Under the pieces are notes generated by a model. The model did not search any database. It had not been told where the DNA came from and worked only from the letters and a program-made list of their open reading frames with translations. A stretch of 64,000 nucleotides of DNA, from contig JAOOLD010000002.1 of NCBI GenBank assembly GCA_028408365.1, positions 80,409 to 144,408 of the forward strand. The letters are read 5' to 3'. Positions 11,501 to 20,095 of the stretch are shown in pieces (the first letter of the stretch is position 1; each line of letters starts with the position of its first letter). The DNA comes from Bacteroidota bacterium. Lineage in GTDB: Bacteria > Bacteroidota > Bacteroidia > Flavobacteriales > BACL11. A program made the position numbers and the translations under genes.

Positions 11501-14500
11501 CCATATCAATATAGCTCAGATGGGGGTAATACTTTTGTCCCCTCAGGTACACCTTTTGGTCCATCTGGTCAAGCATCTTATTTCATAACTGTTGTTGATG
11601 CACAAGGTTGTACTGATAGTGACTCAATTTATGTAAATGAGCCAGATTTACTAGCTATCAATAATATCATCGAGGAAAATGTTTCGTGTTATGATAGTGC
11701 AAACGGAAAATTAACTGTATTTCATACTGGAGGGACTTCTCCGTATACATATGCATGGAGTGATCCTCTAAGTCAAAGCACTATTACTGCGAACAATCTT
11801 TCACCAGGTAATTACAATGTTATCGTTACTGACACAAACGGATGCTCAGATACATCTTTTTCTGCATTGATAACACAACCAGACAGTCTGTATCTTTCAA
11901 CAAGTTCAAGCCTTGTAAGTTGCTACGGTGGAGCTGATGGAAGCGCTAGTGTAACTGCCTTCGGTGGTACACCAAATTACAGTTACATTTGGAGCAACGG
12001 GTCAAATACGTCAAGTATAAACAATGTGCCCTCATTAAATTACACGGTAACCGTAACCGATGACAATGGTTGTACAAGAGTAGGTTTGGTGAATGTCACG
12101 CAACCTCAACCAATAAGTAATATTTTTATAAGAGATTCAGTAACATGTGTTGGAGGAAATGACGGTTTTGCTAATGCTCTTACTTCGGGTGGTACTCCTC
12201 CTTTTAGTTATGTTTGGAGCAATAGTCAAACTACTAATCCTGTGAATAACTTATTTGCTGGCTTAAATTATCTCCAAATAACAGATACTAATGGATGTAT
12301 TTTTAATGATACAGTTAACATACTAGAACCATCTCAATCAGTAGAAATAGACTCTGCAATTACATCGTCAATTACTTGCTATGGAGCAAACAATGGTACT
12401 ATAGCCATAATTGCATCAGGAGGAGATGCTCCTTACTTATATTCTATTGACAATGGTTTTAGTTCTCAATCAAACATAGGCTTCATAAATGTTGGTAGTG
12501 GACATCATATATTATATGTTGAAGATCAAAGGGGGTGTGTGGATAGAGATACAGTAAATATAGATGAGCCAGACTCATTATATATTGACTCTACAATCTA
12601 CACTAACATTCAATGTTATTCTTTCTGCAATGGTTCAATTCAGTCTATAAATGCGATTGGTGGAACACAACCATATACTTATTCTGTTAACGGAGGCCTT
12701 CAACAATCGTCAATGGCATATTTCAATAATTATTGTGCTGGCACCTATACAGTTGAGGTCTTTGATGAAAATAACTGTGTAGCACAAGATTTAATTATCA
12801 TAAATGAACCCACTGAGCTTAATGTTCAAATTGCAACTTCTGATTGGAATAATTATCAAATTAGATGTAATGGAGAGAATTCAGGTTATGCAGACTTTAC
12901 AATTTCCGGTGGAGTATCTCCTTATATTAAAACTTGTATTGAAGTTGCAACAGGAGATACTATTCAATCTTCATCAAGCTCTCACATTGACTCTATTTCT
13001 GCAGGACTGTACAGATTCATAGTTGAGGATTCAAGAGGTTGTGTGTTTAGCACTGACATAGTTTACTACGAGCCAGACCCAATTGTTCATTCATTTGTGC
13101 CAACTCATGTTAGTTGCAATGGTTGGAATAATGGAGCTTTAATTGATATTGTTAGCGGTGGTGTAGGAACAGCTACATCTTATATTTATTCTTGGAACAC
13201 AGGAGATAGTACATATTCAATTTCCAACCTATCTTTAGGAACATACACCATTACAGTAGTTGATGAAAATAACTGTACCTCGGTTGATTCTTATAATATT
13301 AATAATAGTTTAGCATTATCGGCATCAATTAACAGTTCACTAACTAGCAATGTTTCCTGCTTTGACTTTTGTGATGGAATCATTTCTTTAAATGTAAGTG
13401 GAGGTATTCCAAATATTGATGCTAATGGTAATCCAATTTATACATATAGCTGGGATGACGTATTATCGCAAAACACAAAAACTGCGATTGGATTGTGTGT
13501 AGACAACAGTACAAATAACTCAACATATTCATGTATTGTATCTGACTCACAAGGATGTAACGATACAGTTTCGTATATATTAAATCAGCCAGAGGAGCTT
13601 GTTGTAACAGCATCAATTTTAACGGATATATTATGCTTTGGAGATAGTAATGGTAGGCTAACTGCAAGTGCAACAGGTGGTAATGGAGGAAAACAGTACT
13701 TGTGGAATAATGCGAACAACTGGAACAATAACCCAATTAATAACAACTTAAGTTCTGCTAGCTATGTTGTTGTGGTAAGAGATAACAAAGGCTGTATGGA
13801 CACCACTGAAATATTTTTACCTCAACCAAGTCAATTAGTTGTGTCAACAACTCAAAAGAATGTAAGTTGTTTCGGCGATGCTAATGGAGAGATTTCAGCA
13901 ATTGTAACTGGAGGAACTCCTACACCAGGTATTCCCCCAACGTATAATTATAATTGGTCTCCAAGCAATCAAACAACTCAAACTGCTATTAATTTAGGTC
14001 CAGATATTTACATTGTTACAGTGACAGACAATAATAACTGTAGTGTAGTGTCCAATTCAATATTCATAACTCAGCCGTCAAATCCATTGTCATTAAATGT
14101 AGATTCAACTGACGAAACATGCTTGTTAGATAATGGAACTGCAACAGCATTTGTTAATGGGGGGACCCTACCTTTTGACTTTAGCTGGACAAACTCTAGT
14201 GGAGGTTCAATAACACAAGGTGCAGGTATTAGCTCAATAAATAATTTACCCCCTGGGTTATACAATGTTGAAATTTCTGATAAGAACGGATGTATAATCA
14301 GTGGTAGTACTTTTGTTAATGGAGTTAAAAATATATTTCTTCCTGGCAATTTAGATAGGATTGATACTGTTTTATGCTTAGGTAAAAGTCTTTATGTTGA
14401 TGTAGAGGAAAAGCCTGGTTTTATATACGATTGGACTCCTGGCCCAAACACTTCTGATGTTAACTTACAACCAACAACAACTGGAGTACACAATTATATA

Positions 14501-15118
14501 TTGAGTGTAACTGAACCTGGATGTAATCCCTATGAATTAGAAGTAAATATTAATGTTGAGCAAATAAAATCTGAAATTTCTATCAGAAATAGTGAGATTT
14601 ATTTTAGAGCAGACGATGTAATTTCACCGGATAAAGCTGTAAATATTTTATCAGTTGTAAGCGATGAAAGTATAACTGTTTCCTCAAACTCCAACTTAGG
14701 AATATCTCATGAATGGGTATGGGACCAAGGAACTAGCACTGAATCTGATATCCAAATTCCTAATATTGATAAAAATAAATGGATATATCTTAAACTTGAT
14801 TCAAGTGGTTGTTTAGGATATGACTCAGTATATGTTGCGCTTTCAGTTATACCGTTTGATGCAATAAGTCCGAATGGAGACATGAAAAATGATAAATGGA
14901 ACATTTTGGGAATTACTGCAAATAGATATGATCAGGCGGTAATAACAATTTATAACAGGTGGGGAGAGGAAGTATATAAAACTTATGGAGGTAGTCAGTT
15001 TACGCCTTGGGATGGAACAAAAGACGGTAATGAATTACCTGTTGGTACTTATTATTACATAATAGATTTGGCTAATGAAGATGAACCCATTACCGGCCCA
15101 GTAACAATTATTAGATAA
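8522..15118 (+). CDS. Large SprB-repeat surface adhesin with type B T9SS C-terminal domain
   Basis: Signal peptide, about 22 repeats of the form VSCxGxxDG..GGTxPYxY..LxxGxY..DxNGC, and C-terminal SPNGDMKND..IYNRWG..WDGT..GTYYYII..VTIIR. Confidence 0.93.
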   Translation: MKKFIIFLSILFTVFFSYNSKSQTIDSVSTTVPISCYGDLATVNVYITQTSPASPIKLMNYRFATPTFLVSYGSSAVTTGTTQPFSGMIATNYRMLMVDSASFWSAFPPLPGSTNPFVPNSQLVNPSNPAIIGYQDYTVLGVPLLSTTTLQTAFNGCFGDCNAAQNISILGGTPPYNITITGPGLVNQYSLLDAFSIDTTYQSLCAGTYTYSVSDVNGCLTTPSASSFSIGQPTQLSVSAVISSNYNGRNVSCYGASDGEITAVASGGTAPYQYSLDGSSYTSDPVFSALSSGVYTVYYKDANNCLASENITINDPPTLSGAISINQSVTCYSACDGSLQFIVDNIQSGTAPYTYSIDGGLSFQNSNTFSSLCGGTNYSIIVKDVNGCTFTSNIFLSEPTEILFNVTSSDFNGFGVSCFGADDGEIIIFAPSGGTPNYDYSINGGASYSNSLIYNNLISGNYVVTVRDIIGCTSDTTVVITEPNQFDVQYTLTSNYNGVNVSCYGSCDGSISIAQSNGVGVVSYSLSGSVTQTAPIFSGLCGQISNASYNLIAIDDNGCVDSVDVNLTEPQQWVYSVDSIGETCNLSNGQASINITQGGTGSLAYLWDDPNTQITSSAINLETGTYNVTVTDINGCNFTEDVFVAEADITLSFDSVPPCNGLNNGSATVIPDGTPPYQVIWFNGSTSNTISGLSPGYYSVSVIDGSGCLVTDSVLITSSVYVDLQLDSLSSALSVNCYGDQSSGITLNATGGTGSNTYLYYIPNTFPTPQASNVFSGLYAGNYIIFAEDANGCADSLNVTINQPDEVKFYASVFDVSCFAGNDGSLSIDSVTGGTSPFNYFWNNGSTTSSVNGLTAGDYIISITDANGCISSPVSDTLTVSEPTILQSSISITSHATCTGAQTLATGELNVTISGGTPGYSYSWSNGETSNQLSFLMPDLYVLNVTDNNGCLLTDSAEILTGQNPQLDVLVQNVSCFGANDGMIYTSAYGGTLPYQYSSDGGNTFVPSGTPFGPSGQASYFITVVDAQGCTDSDSIYVNEPDLLAINNIIEENVSCYDSANGKLTVFHTGGTSPYTYAWSDPLSQSTITANNLSPGNYNVIVTDTNGCSDTSFSALITQPDSLYLSTSSSLVSCYGGADGSASVTAFGGTPNYSYIWSNGSNTSSINNVPSLNYTVTVTDDNGCTRVGLVNVTQPQPISNIFIRDSVTCVGGNDGFANALTSGGTPPFSYVWSNSQTTNPVNNLFAGLNYLQITDTNGCIFNDTVNILEPSQSVEIDSAITSSITCYGANNGTIAIIASGGDAPYLYSIDNGFSSQSNIGFINVGSGHHILYVEDQRGCVDRDTVNIDEPDSLYIDSTIYTNIQCYSFCNGSIQSINAIGGTQPYTYSVNGGLQQSSMAYFNNYCAGTYTVEVFDENNCVAQDLIIINEPTELNVQIATSDWNNYQIRCNGENSGYADFTISGGVSPYIKTCIEVATGDTIQSSSSSHIDSISAGLYRFIVEDSRGCVFSTDIVYYEPDPIVHSFVPTHVSCNGWNNGALIDIVSGGVGTATSYIYSWNTGDSTYSISNLSLGTYTITVVDENNCTSVDSYNINNSLALSASINSSLTSNVSCFDFCDGIISLNVSGGIPNIDANGNPIYTYSWDDVLSQNTKTAIGLCVDNSTNNSTYSCIVSDSQGCNDTVSYILNQPEELVVTASILTDILCFGDSNGRLTASATGGNGGKQYLWNNANNWNNNPINNNLSSASYVVVVRDNKGCMDTTEIFLPQPSQLVVSTTQKNVSCFGDANGEISAIVTGGTPTPGIPPTYNYNWSPSNQTTQTAINLGPDIYIVTVTDNNNCSVVSNSIFITQPSNPLSLNVDSTDETCLLDNGTATAFVNGGTLPFDFSWTNSSGGSITQGAGISSINNLPPGLYNVEISDKNGCIISGSTFVNGVKNIFLPGNLDRIDTVLCLGKSLYVDVEEKPGFIYDWTPGPNTSDVNLQPTTTGVHNYILSVTEPGCNPYELEVNINVEQIKSEISIRNSEIYFRADDVISPDKAVNILSVVSDESITVSSNSNLGISHEWVWDQGTSTESDIQIPNIDKNKWIYLKLDSSGCLGYDSVYVALSVIPFDAISPNGDMKNDKWNILGITANRYDQAVITIYNRWGEEVYKTYGGSQFTPWDGTKDGNELPVGTYYYIIDLANEDEPITGPVTIIR
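8990..14300 (+). repeat. Protein-level tandem SprB-type repeats (about 80 aa unit, about 22 copies)
   Basis: 22 DxxG/NC repeat ends counted by hand in the translation. Copies are highly diverged at DNA level and the boundaries are approximate. Confidence 0.8.
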
Positions 15119-15129
15119 AAAATTTGATT

Positions 15130-16065
15130 ATGACATTTAAGAAAAGTTTATACCTATTATTTTTAATCGCAATATTCCCAATTTATGGAAAGGGTCAGCA
15201 GTTGCCACAGTTGACACAGTATATGATGAACAATTATGCTATAAATCCAGCTGTTGCAGGCATGCAAGACTATTACCAAATTAGAACTACAATTAGAAAT
15301 CAGTGGGTAGGTATTGAAGATGCGCCAACAACAAATATATTAAGTGTTTATGGAAAAAGAGGAGATAATGTAGGTTTAGGAGGAGTTGTGTTTAATGATC
15401 AAGTTGGACCGACAAGTAGAATAGGAGCTAATATGTCTTATACATATCATTTTAATTTGAGTAAAAAGACAATGCTAGCATTGTCTTTATCAGGTGGATT
15501 CACCCAATTTAAAATTGACAAAATAGGGTGGAATGTTCAACACCCTGATGATCCAGTTACTCAAGGTGATGTAATTGTTGACGCAATTCCTGATGCAACA
15601 TTTGGATTTAATTTCTATGGAAAAAATTGGTACTTAGGAGGTTCTATTCCTCAACTAGTAAGTTCTAATTTAGAATTATTAGACACTGATTTTGCAAGAG
15701 ATTTTAATACTGAAATGACAGGTAGTTTAAGTCCACACGTTTACATCTTAGGAGCATATCAACATACAATCAATGACTTTTGGAGTGTAGAGCCGAGTGT
15801 TCTTGTTAAATATATGGATCCTGCTCCAACGCAGTTTGATATTGGACTAAAAACAGAATATAATGATAGATTATGGGCAGGAATAAATTATAGAAGCAAT
15901 GGAGATATGGCCGCTTTATTTGGTTATAATATTGGTGAGAGATTTATTGTTGGTTATTCTTATGATATAGTAAATGCTGACATAAATGATTATTCCTCCT
16001 CCTCTCATGAGTTTATGGTTGGAATCAATTTCGTTCCTGTAAAAGAGCAACAACTTATTGATTAA
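15130..16065 (+). CDS. PorP/SprF-family T9SS outer-membrane protein
   Basis: QQLPQLTQYMMN, INPAVAG, RNQWVGIEDAP, VGYSYD, SHEFMVG; lies directly after a type B CTD cargo gene. ATG at 15130 chosen over TTG at 15124. Confidence 0.92.
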   Translation: MTFKKSLYLLFLIAIFPIYGKGQQLPQLTQYMMNNYAINPAVAGMQDYYQIRTTIRNQWVGIEDAPTTNILSVYGKRGDNVGLGGVVFNDQVGPTSRIGANMSYTYHFNLSKKTMLALSLSGGFTQFKIDKIGWNVQHPDDPVTQGDVIVDAIPDATFGFNFYGKNWYLGGSIPQLVSSNLELLDTDFARDFNTEMTGSLSPHVYILGAYQHTINDFWSVEPSVLVKYMDPAPTQFDIGLKTEYNDRLWAGINYRSNGDMAALFGYNIGERFIVGYSYDIVNADINDYSSSSHEFMVGINFVPVKEQQLID

Positions 16066-16071
16066 ATATAT

Positions 16072-16101
16072 AAAAAAAAGCCTCAAAAATTTGAGGCTTT
16101 T
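16072..16101. terminator. Bidirectional intrinsic terminator
   Basis: A8-GCCTCAA-aaat-TTGAGGC-TTTT. The U-tract is 8 nt on the minus strand and 4 nt on the plus strand. Confidence 0.85.
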
Positions 16102-16185
16102 AATTGTTGTACTTTAATATAGGGAAAGAATTGTACAACCCAAAACAAGTATTACGACTTGCCCCAAATTTAGGTTGATTTAAAT
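16072..16185 (-). ncRNA. Candidate structured small RNA (unassigned)
   Basis: Several complementary segments, a strong minus-strand terminator and an imperfect -7 box TCCCTTTG at 16195-16188. No family recognised. Confidence 0.35.
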
Positions 16186-16269
16186 GGCAAAGGGATCAAG
16201 TTGATAATTTTTGTTAACATAAAATTGTTGAATAACTTTTAGGTTAAAAAACTATTCAAAAAATCAGCT

Positions 16270-17364
16270 ATGAAATTAGCAATTCTAGGAACAAGAGGAA
16301 TACCAAATAATTACGGAGGATTTGAGCAGTGTGCAGAGGTTTTAGCTGCAGGGTTACAAAAAAAAGGGCATGAAGTGACTGTCTATAATCCTTCTTTTCA
16401 TAACTACAACAAGAAAGTATTTGATGGTGTTACAATAAAAAAAATATACTCACCAAATAAATTAATTGGTAATTCTGCATCAAATTTTGTGTTTGATTAT
16501 TTATGTTTTAAAGATGCTGTAAAATCTGATTATGATATTATTCTGGAGCTTGGACTAATAACATCCTCTCCGTCTATAATTTTTGTAAGACACAGAGGCA
16601 AAATTATTGTTACTAACATTGACGGAATAGAATGGAGAAGAAAAAAATGGAACTTTATAATAAGATTCATAACAAGAAATATGGAAAAATTAGGTATAAG
16701 GTCTTCTGATTATCTAATTGCTGACAATTTAGGCATTCAAGATTATTTAAAAAAAACATATGATATAAGCGCAAAATATATTGCTTATGGAGCTGATATT
16801 TTAGACACTCCAGATCCCAAAATATTAGATGATTATAATTTGAAAGCTGGAAAATTCATATTATGTATAGGAAGAATTGAACCTGAAAACAATTATGAAA
16901 TGATTTTTACATCATATGCAAAAGCTAAATTAAATATTCCATTGATTATAATAGGAAACCATCTAACAAAATTTGGTGATTACTTAAAGGATAAATTTAA
17001 AAATGAAAACATTTATTTCTTTGGATCAATTTATGAAAAAAAGATTTTAGATAATCTAAGATATTATTCAAAATTGTATATTCATGGTCACTCAGTTGGA
17101 GGCACAAATCCATCGCTAATCGAAGCTATGTCTGCTAGCGCATTAGTTCTTATACATAGAAATAAATTTAACCTATCTGTTTTAACAAATAATGAGCTAG
17201 CTTTTTCAAACTCCTATGAACTAAAAGAACTTTTGTTAGACAGTAAAATTATTTCAGAAAAAAAGAAACATATTAGTGAAAATCTCAAAATTATAAAAGA
17301 GAAGTTTTCTTGGGAAAAAATTATTGATGATTATGAAACTTTTTTTCTTAGTATTTTAAATTAA
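16270..17364 (+). CDS. GT4 glycosyltransferase with DUF1972-type N-terminus
   Basis: ILGTRGIPNNYGGFE, NIDGIEWRRKKW, GRIEPENN, HGHSVGGTNPSLIEAM. Confidence 0.9.
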   Translation: MKLAILGTRGIPNNYGGFEQCAEVLAAGLQKKGHEVTVYNPSFHNYNKKVFDGVTIKKIYSPNKLIGNSASNFVFDYLCFKDAVKSDYDIILELGLITSSPSIIFVRHRGKIIVTNIDGIEWRRKKWNFIIRFITRNMEKLGIRSSDYLIADNLGIQDYLKKTYDISAKYIAYGADILDTPDPKILDDYNLKAGKFILCIGRIEPENNYEMIFTSYAKAKLNIPLIIIGNHLTKFGDYLKDKFKNENIYFFGSIYEKKILDNLRYYSKLYIHGHSVGGTNPSLIEAMSASALVLIHRNKFNLSVLTNNELAFSNSYELKELLLDSKIISEKKKHISENLKIIKEKFSWEKIIDDYETFFLSILN

Positions 17365-18474
17365 AAAAAGACTTTCTGTTATTTTGTCACATATAATTTT
17401 CCCTTTTCTCTCTAAAAAATAATTATTTTTTTTATTTGATACATATCCTTCTTTTTGCCAATGTTGAATATTTCTTAGAAAGAAAACTTTGTGAGACTTT
17501 TGCTTAATTTCTTTAATATTAATTCCTTTTTTAGTGCGTAGTCTTCTAATTATATATTCATTATAAATATCTTTCTTACTTAAAGTTTCACTTTCATAAT
17601 ATTTTGTGTTAGTTTTCAAGTATTTCATATAAAGAAAATTGTTTTTTACATTCCACCTTCTTGATAATCCGTTAAATGAGTGAGCAGAAGGACCAACGCC
17701 TAAATATTCGCTGCCAAACCAGTAGTTTTTATTATGATTAGACTCATAATTTTTTTTGCAAAAATTGGATATTTCGTAATTAACGAATCCTTTTTTTTCA
17801 CTTAAATCAGCTATATGGTTATATTGATTTATAAATATTTCATCAGATGGTTTACTAATTTCCTTTTGTAAAATTCTTTTGTGTAAAACTGTATTAGGTT
17901 CGATAGTAAGACCATAAATAGATAAATGATTAATATCATAACCAAAAAAGATATTTAAAGACTCATCCAGTTTTTTTAAGCCTTGATTGGGCAAATTAAA
18001 CATAATGTCAACAGAGATATTTTTGATTCGAGAATTAATTGCAATCTCAACAGAATTCTTTGCTTGCATTGAGTTATGGGATCTATTTAATGATTTTAAT
18101 ATTTCGTCATCAAAAGATTGAACGCCAATACTTAATCTGTTAATACCTATATTAAAATAATCATCTAATTTTTTTTTATTAATATCATCGGGGTTAGTTT
18201 CAATTGTAATTTCAGTATTGTCAGTAATAATAAATACTTCACTTATGTTTTTTAATATTTTCTTTATCAAGTGAGTGGAGATAATTGATGGGGTTCCTCC
18301 TCCAAAGTAAATAGAGCTTAACTTTTTATCTTTTAAATAATCTTTTCTTGTCCGAATTTCTTTAATAATAGAGTTTATTAATTCTTCTTCTTTTTTTTTA
18401 GAAATTACAAAGTGAAAGTCACAGTATATGCACCTTTGTTTGCAGAAGGGAATATGTATATAAATGCTGCTCAC
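17356..18474 (-). CDS. hemW: Radical SAM heme chaperone HemW (HemN-like)
   Basis: IYIHIPFCKQRCIYCDF, YFGGGTPS, RLSIGVQSF, YEISNF, HNKNYW, YLGVGPSAHS. Confidence 0.92.
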   Translation of the reverse strand: MSSIYIHIPFCKQRCIYCDFHFVISKKKEEELINSIIKEIRTRKDYLKDKKLSSIYFGGGTPSIISTHLIKKILKNISEVFIITDNTEITIETNPDDINKKKLDDYFNIGINRLSIGVQSFDDEILKSLNRSHNSMQAKNSVEIAINSRIKNISVDIMFNLPNQGLKKLDESLNIFFGYDINHLSIYGLTIEPNTVLHKRILQKEISKPSDEIFINQYNHIADLSEKKGFVNYEISNFCKKNYESNHNKNYWFGSEYLGVGPSAHSFNGLSRRWNVKNNFLYMKYLKTNTKYYESETLSKKDIYNEYIIRRLRTKKGINIKEIKQKSHKVFFLRNIQHWQKEGYVSNKKNNYFLERKGKIICDKITESLFLI

Positions 18475-18498
18475 TGAAATAGATTAAAAAATCATCAT

Positions 18499-18506
18499 TA
18501 AATTTG
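18499..18506 (+). promoter_or_regulatory. -7 box TAAATTTG, 4 nt before the msrB ATG
   Basis: TAAATTTG-tgat-ATG. Confidence 0.65.
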
Positions 18507-18510
18507 TGAT

Positions 18511-18894
18511 ATGAAACAAAATAAAAATTATTTCTCAACTTTAACAAAGGAAGAACATGAAATAATAGTAAATAAAGGTACTGAAAAACCATTCTCAGGA
18601 AAATACAATAACTTTTACCTTCAAGGAATTTTTGTTTGTAAAGCCTGTGAAACACCTCTTTACAAATCAAGTAACAAGTTTGATTCAGGATGTGGTTGGC
18701 CTTCATTCGATGATGAAATAGAAGGTGCAATCTCAAGATTTCCTGACTATTCAGGAGGTAGAGTAAGAACTGAGATTTGTTGCTCTAACTGTGGTGGGCA
18801 TTTAGGTCATGTTTTTGAAGGTGAGAGATTTACGAAGAAAAATACTCGACATTGTGTTAACTCTTTAAGTATAAAGTTTGTTAAACAAAGCTGA
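18511..18894 (+). CDS. msrB: Peptide-methionine (R)-S-oxide reductase
   Basis: GTEKPFSG, CKAC, SGCGWPSF, GHLGHVF, RHCVNS. Confidence 0.95.
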   Translation: MKQNKNYFSTLTKEEHEIIVNKGTEKPFSGKYNNFYLQGIFVCKACETPLYKSSNKFDSGCGWPSFDDEIEGAISRFPDYSGGRVRTEICCSNCGGHLGHVFEGERFTKKNTRHCVNSLSIKFVKQS

Positions 18895-18898
18895 TTAA

Positions 18899-20095
18899 CT
18901 ATACTTTTTTAAGTTTTATACAAAAAATAGTTCCATAATTTTCTTCAGAACTTGACACAAAAATTTTCCCATTATGATACTCTTCAATTATTCTTTTTGT
19001 TAATGAAAGACCTAATCCCCAGCCACTTTTCTTACTAGTGTAACCGGGTAAAAATATTTGATTAATTTTATTTTTAGCAATACCCTGTCCATAATCTTTT
19101 ATGAAAATATCAACTTCATAATCATTACTTGTGACATCAAACTCTATTTTACCATTACCCTTCATAGCATCTGTTGCATTTTTACATAAATTCTCGATGG
19201 CCCATTCAAACAATGTTTTATTAGCACTTACAATTATGGGATCCTCAGGAAATTTTTTAATTATTTCTATTTTTTGAGGCAGCCTTTTTTCCAAGTATTC
19301 TAAAAAATTGCCTAATAGTTCATGAATCTGATAATTTTTCAGTGCAGGTACAGACCCAATTTTTGAAAACCTATCAGTGATTGTCTCAAGTCTTTGTAAG
19401 TCTTTATTAATCTCATTTAGTGTATCAGTATTAATCTCACTATCCTTTAATAATTCACTCCACGCAATTAGTGATGATAATGGTGTAGCTAATTGATGAG
19501 CAGTTTCTTTTGCCATACCAGCCCATACTTTATTCTGTTCAGATTTTTTAGCCGCACTAAAAATAATATATGCGATAATAAAGAATATTAATATAAAGCC
19601 TAATTGATAAAAAGGATAGTAACGAAGCATACTCAAAATGTTAGAATCCTTATAGTATATAAATTGTTTATCTCCAATAAAATTTATCTCAATTGGAGTA
19701 CTATTTTCCTCTTTCATTACTTTAAGTTGATGCTTTAAAAAATTATTTGTAATTTTTTTTTCTTCAAATAATTTAACTTTAAAAGTTAATAAACTATCTA
19801 ATTTACTGTATGTTATTAAATTTCTGTACTCTAAAATACTATCACATTCATCAACTAAAATTAAAGGTATTTTCTTATTCTCTGTGATTACATTAATTGC
19901 TAATGAAAAGTCACCGTCAGATGATATATTAACTAAATTTTTGGTTGCCTGAGCCCATAACTCTATCTTCTTTCTCTCCTCCTTTTTCAGCTCTTTTACT
20001 AAGTTATTTGTAAAAATAATTGAAAATGCAGCTATTAATATTGCAAATAATAATAGCCATTTTTTCCATTTTTGCTCTTTATTATATACTGTCAT
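18899..20095 (-). CDS. Sensor histidine kinase (no adjacent response regulator)
   Basis: Two TM segments, ETAHQLATP H-box, ENLCKNA, DYGQG, GWGLGL. Confidence 0.92.
   Translation of the reverse strand: MTVYNKEQKWKKWLLLFAILIAAFSIIFTNNLVKELKKEERKKIELWAQATKNLVNISSDGDFSLAINVITENKKIPLILVDECDSILEYRNLITYSKLDSLLTFKVKLFEEKKITNNFLKHQLKVMKEENSTPIEINFIGDKQFIYYKDSNILSMLRYYPFYQLGFILIFFIIAYIIFSAAKKSEQNKVWAGMAKETAHQLATPLSSLIAWSELLKDSEINTDTLNEINKDLQRLETITDRFSKIGSVPALKNYQIHELLGNFLEYLEKRLPQKIEIIKKFPEDPIIVSANKTLFEWAIENLCKNATDAMKGNGKIEFDVTSNDYEVDIFIKDYGQGIAKNKINQIFLPGYTSKKSGWGLGLSLTKRIIEEYHNGKIFVSSSEENYGTIFCIKLKKV

Noticed and set aside
13706-13747. AAC/AAT-rich stretch encoding NNANNWNNNPINNN
   Set aside because: Mixed codons and in frame; a low-complexity loop rather than a slippage tract or DGR template.
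8990-14300. Adhesin repeats as a CRISPR array, DNA tandem repeat or DGR target
   Set aside because: Similarity is visible only at protein level. There are no identical DNA repeats, spacers, cas genes or reverse transcriptase.
16196-16240. DnaA-box-like words (GTTGATAA, TGTTGAATAA) suggesting oriC
   Set aside because: Only two or three degenerate copies in a short gap, with no supporting context.
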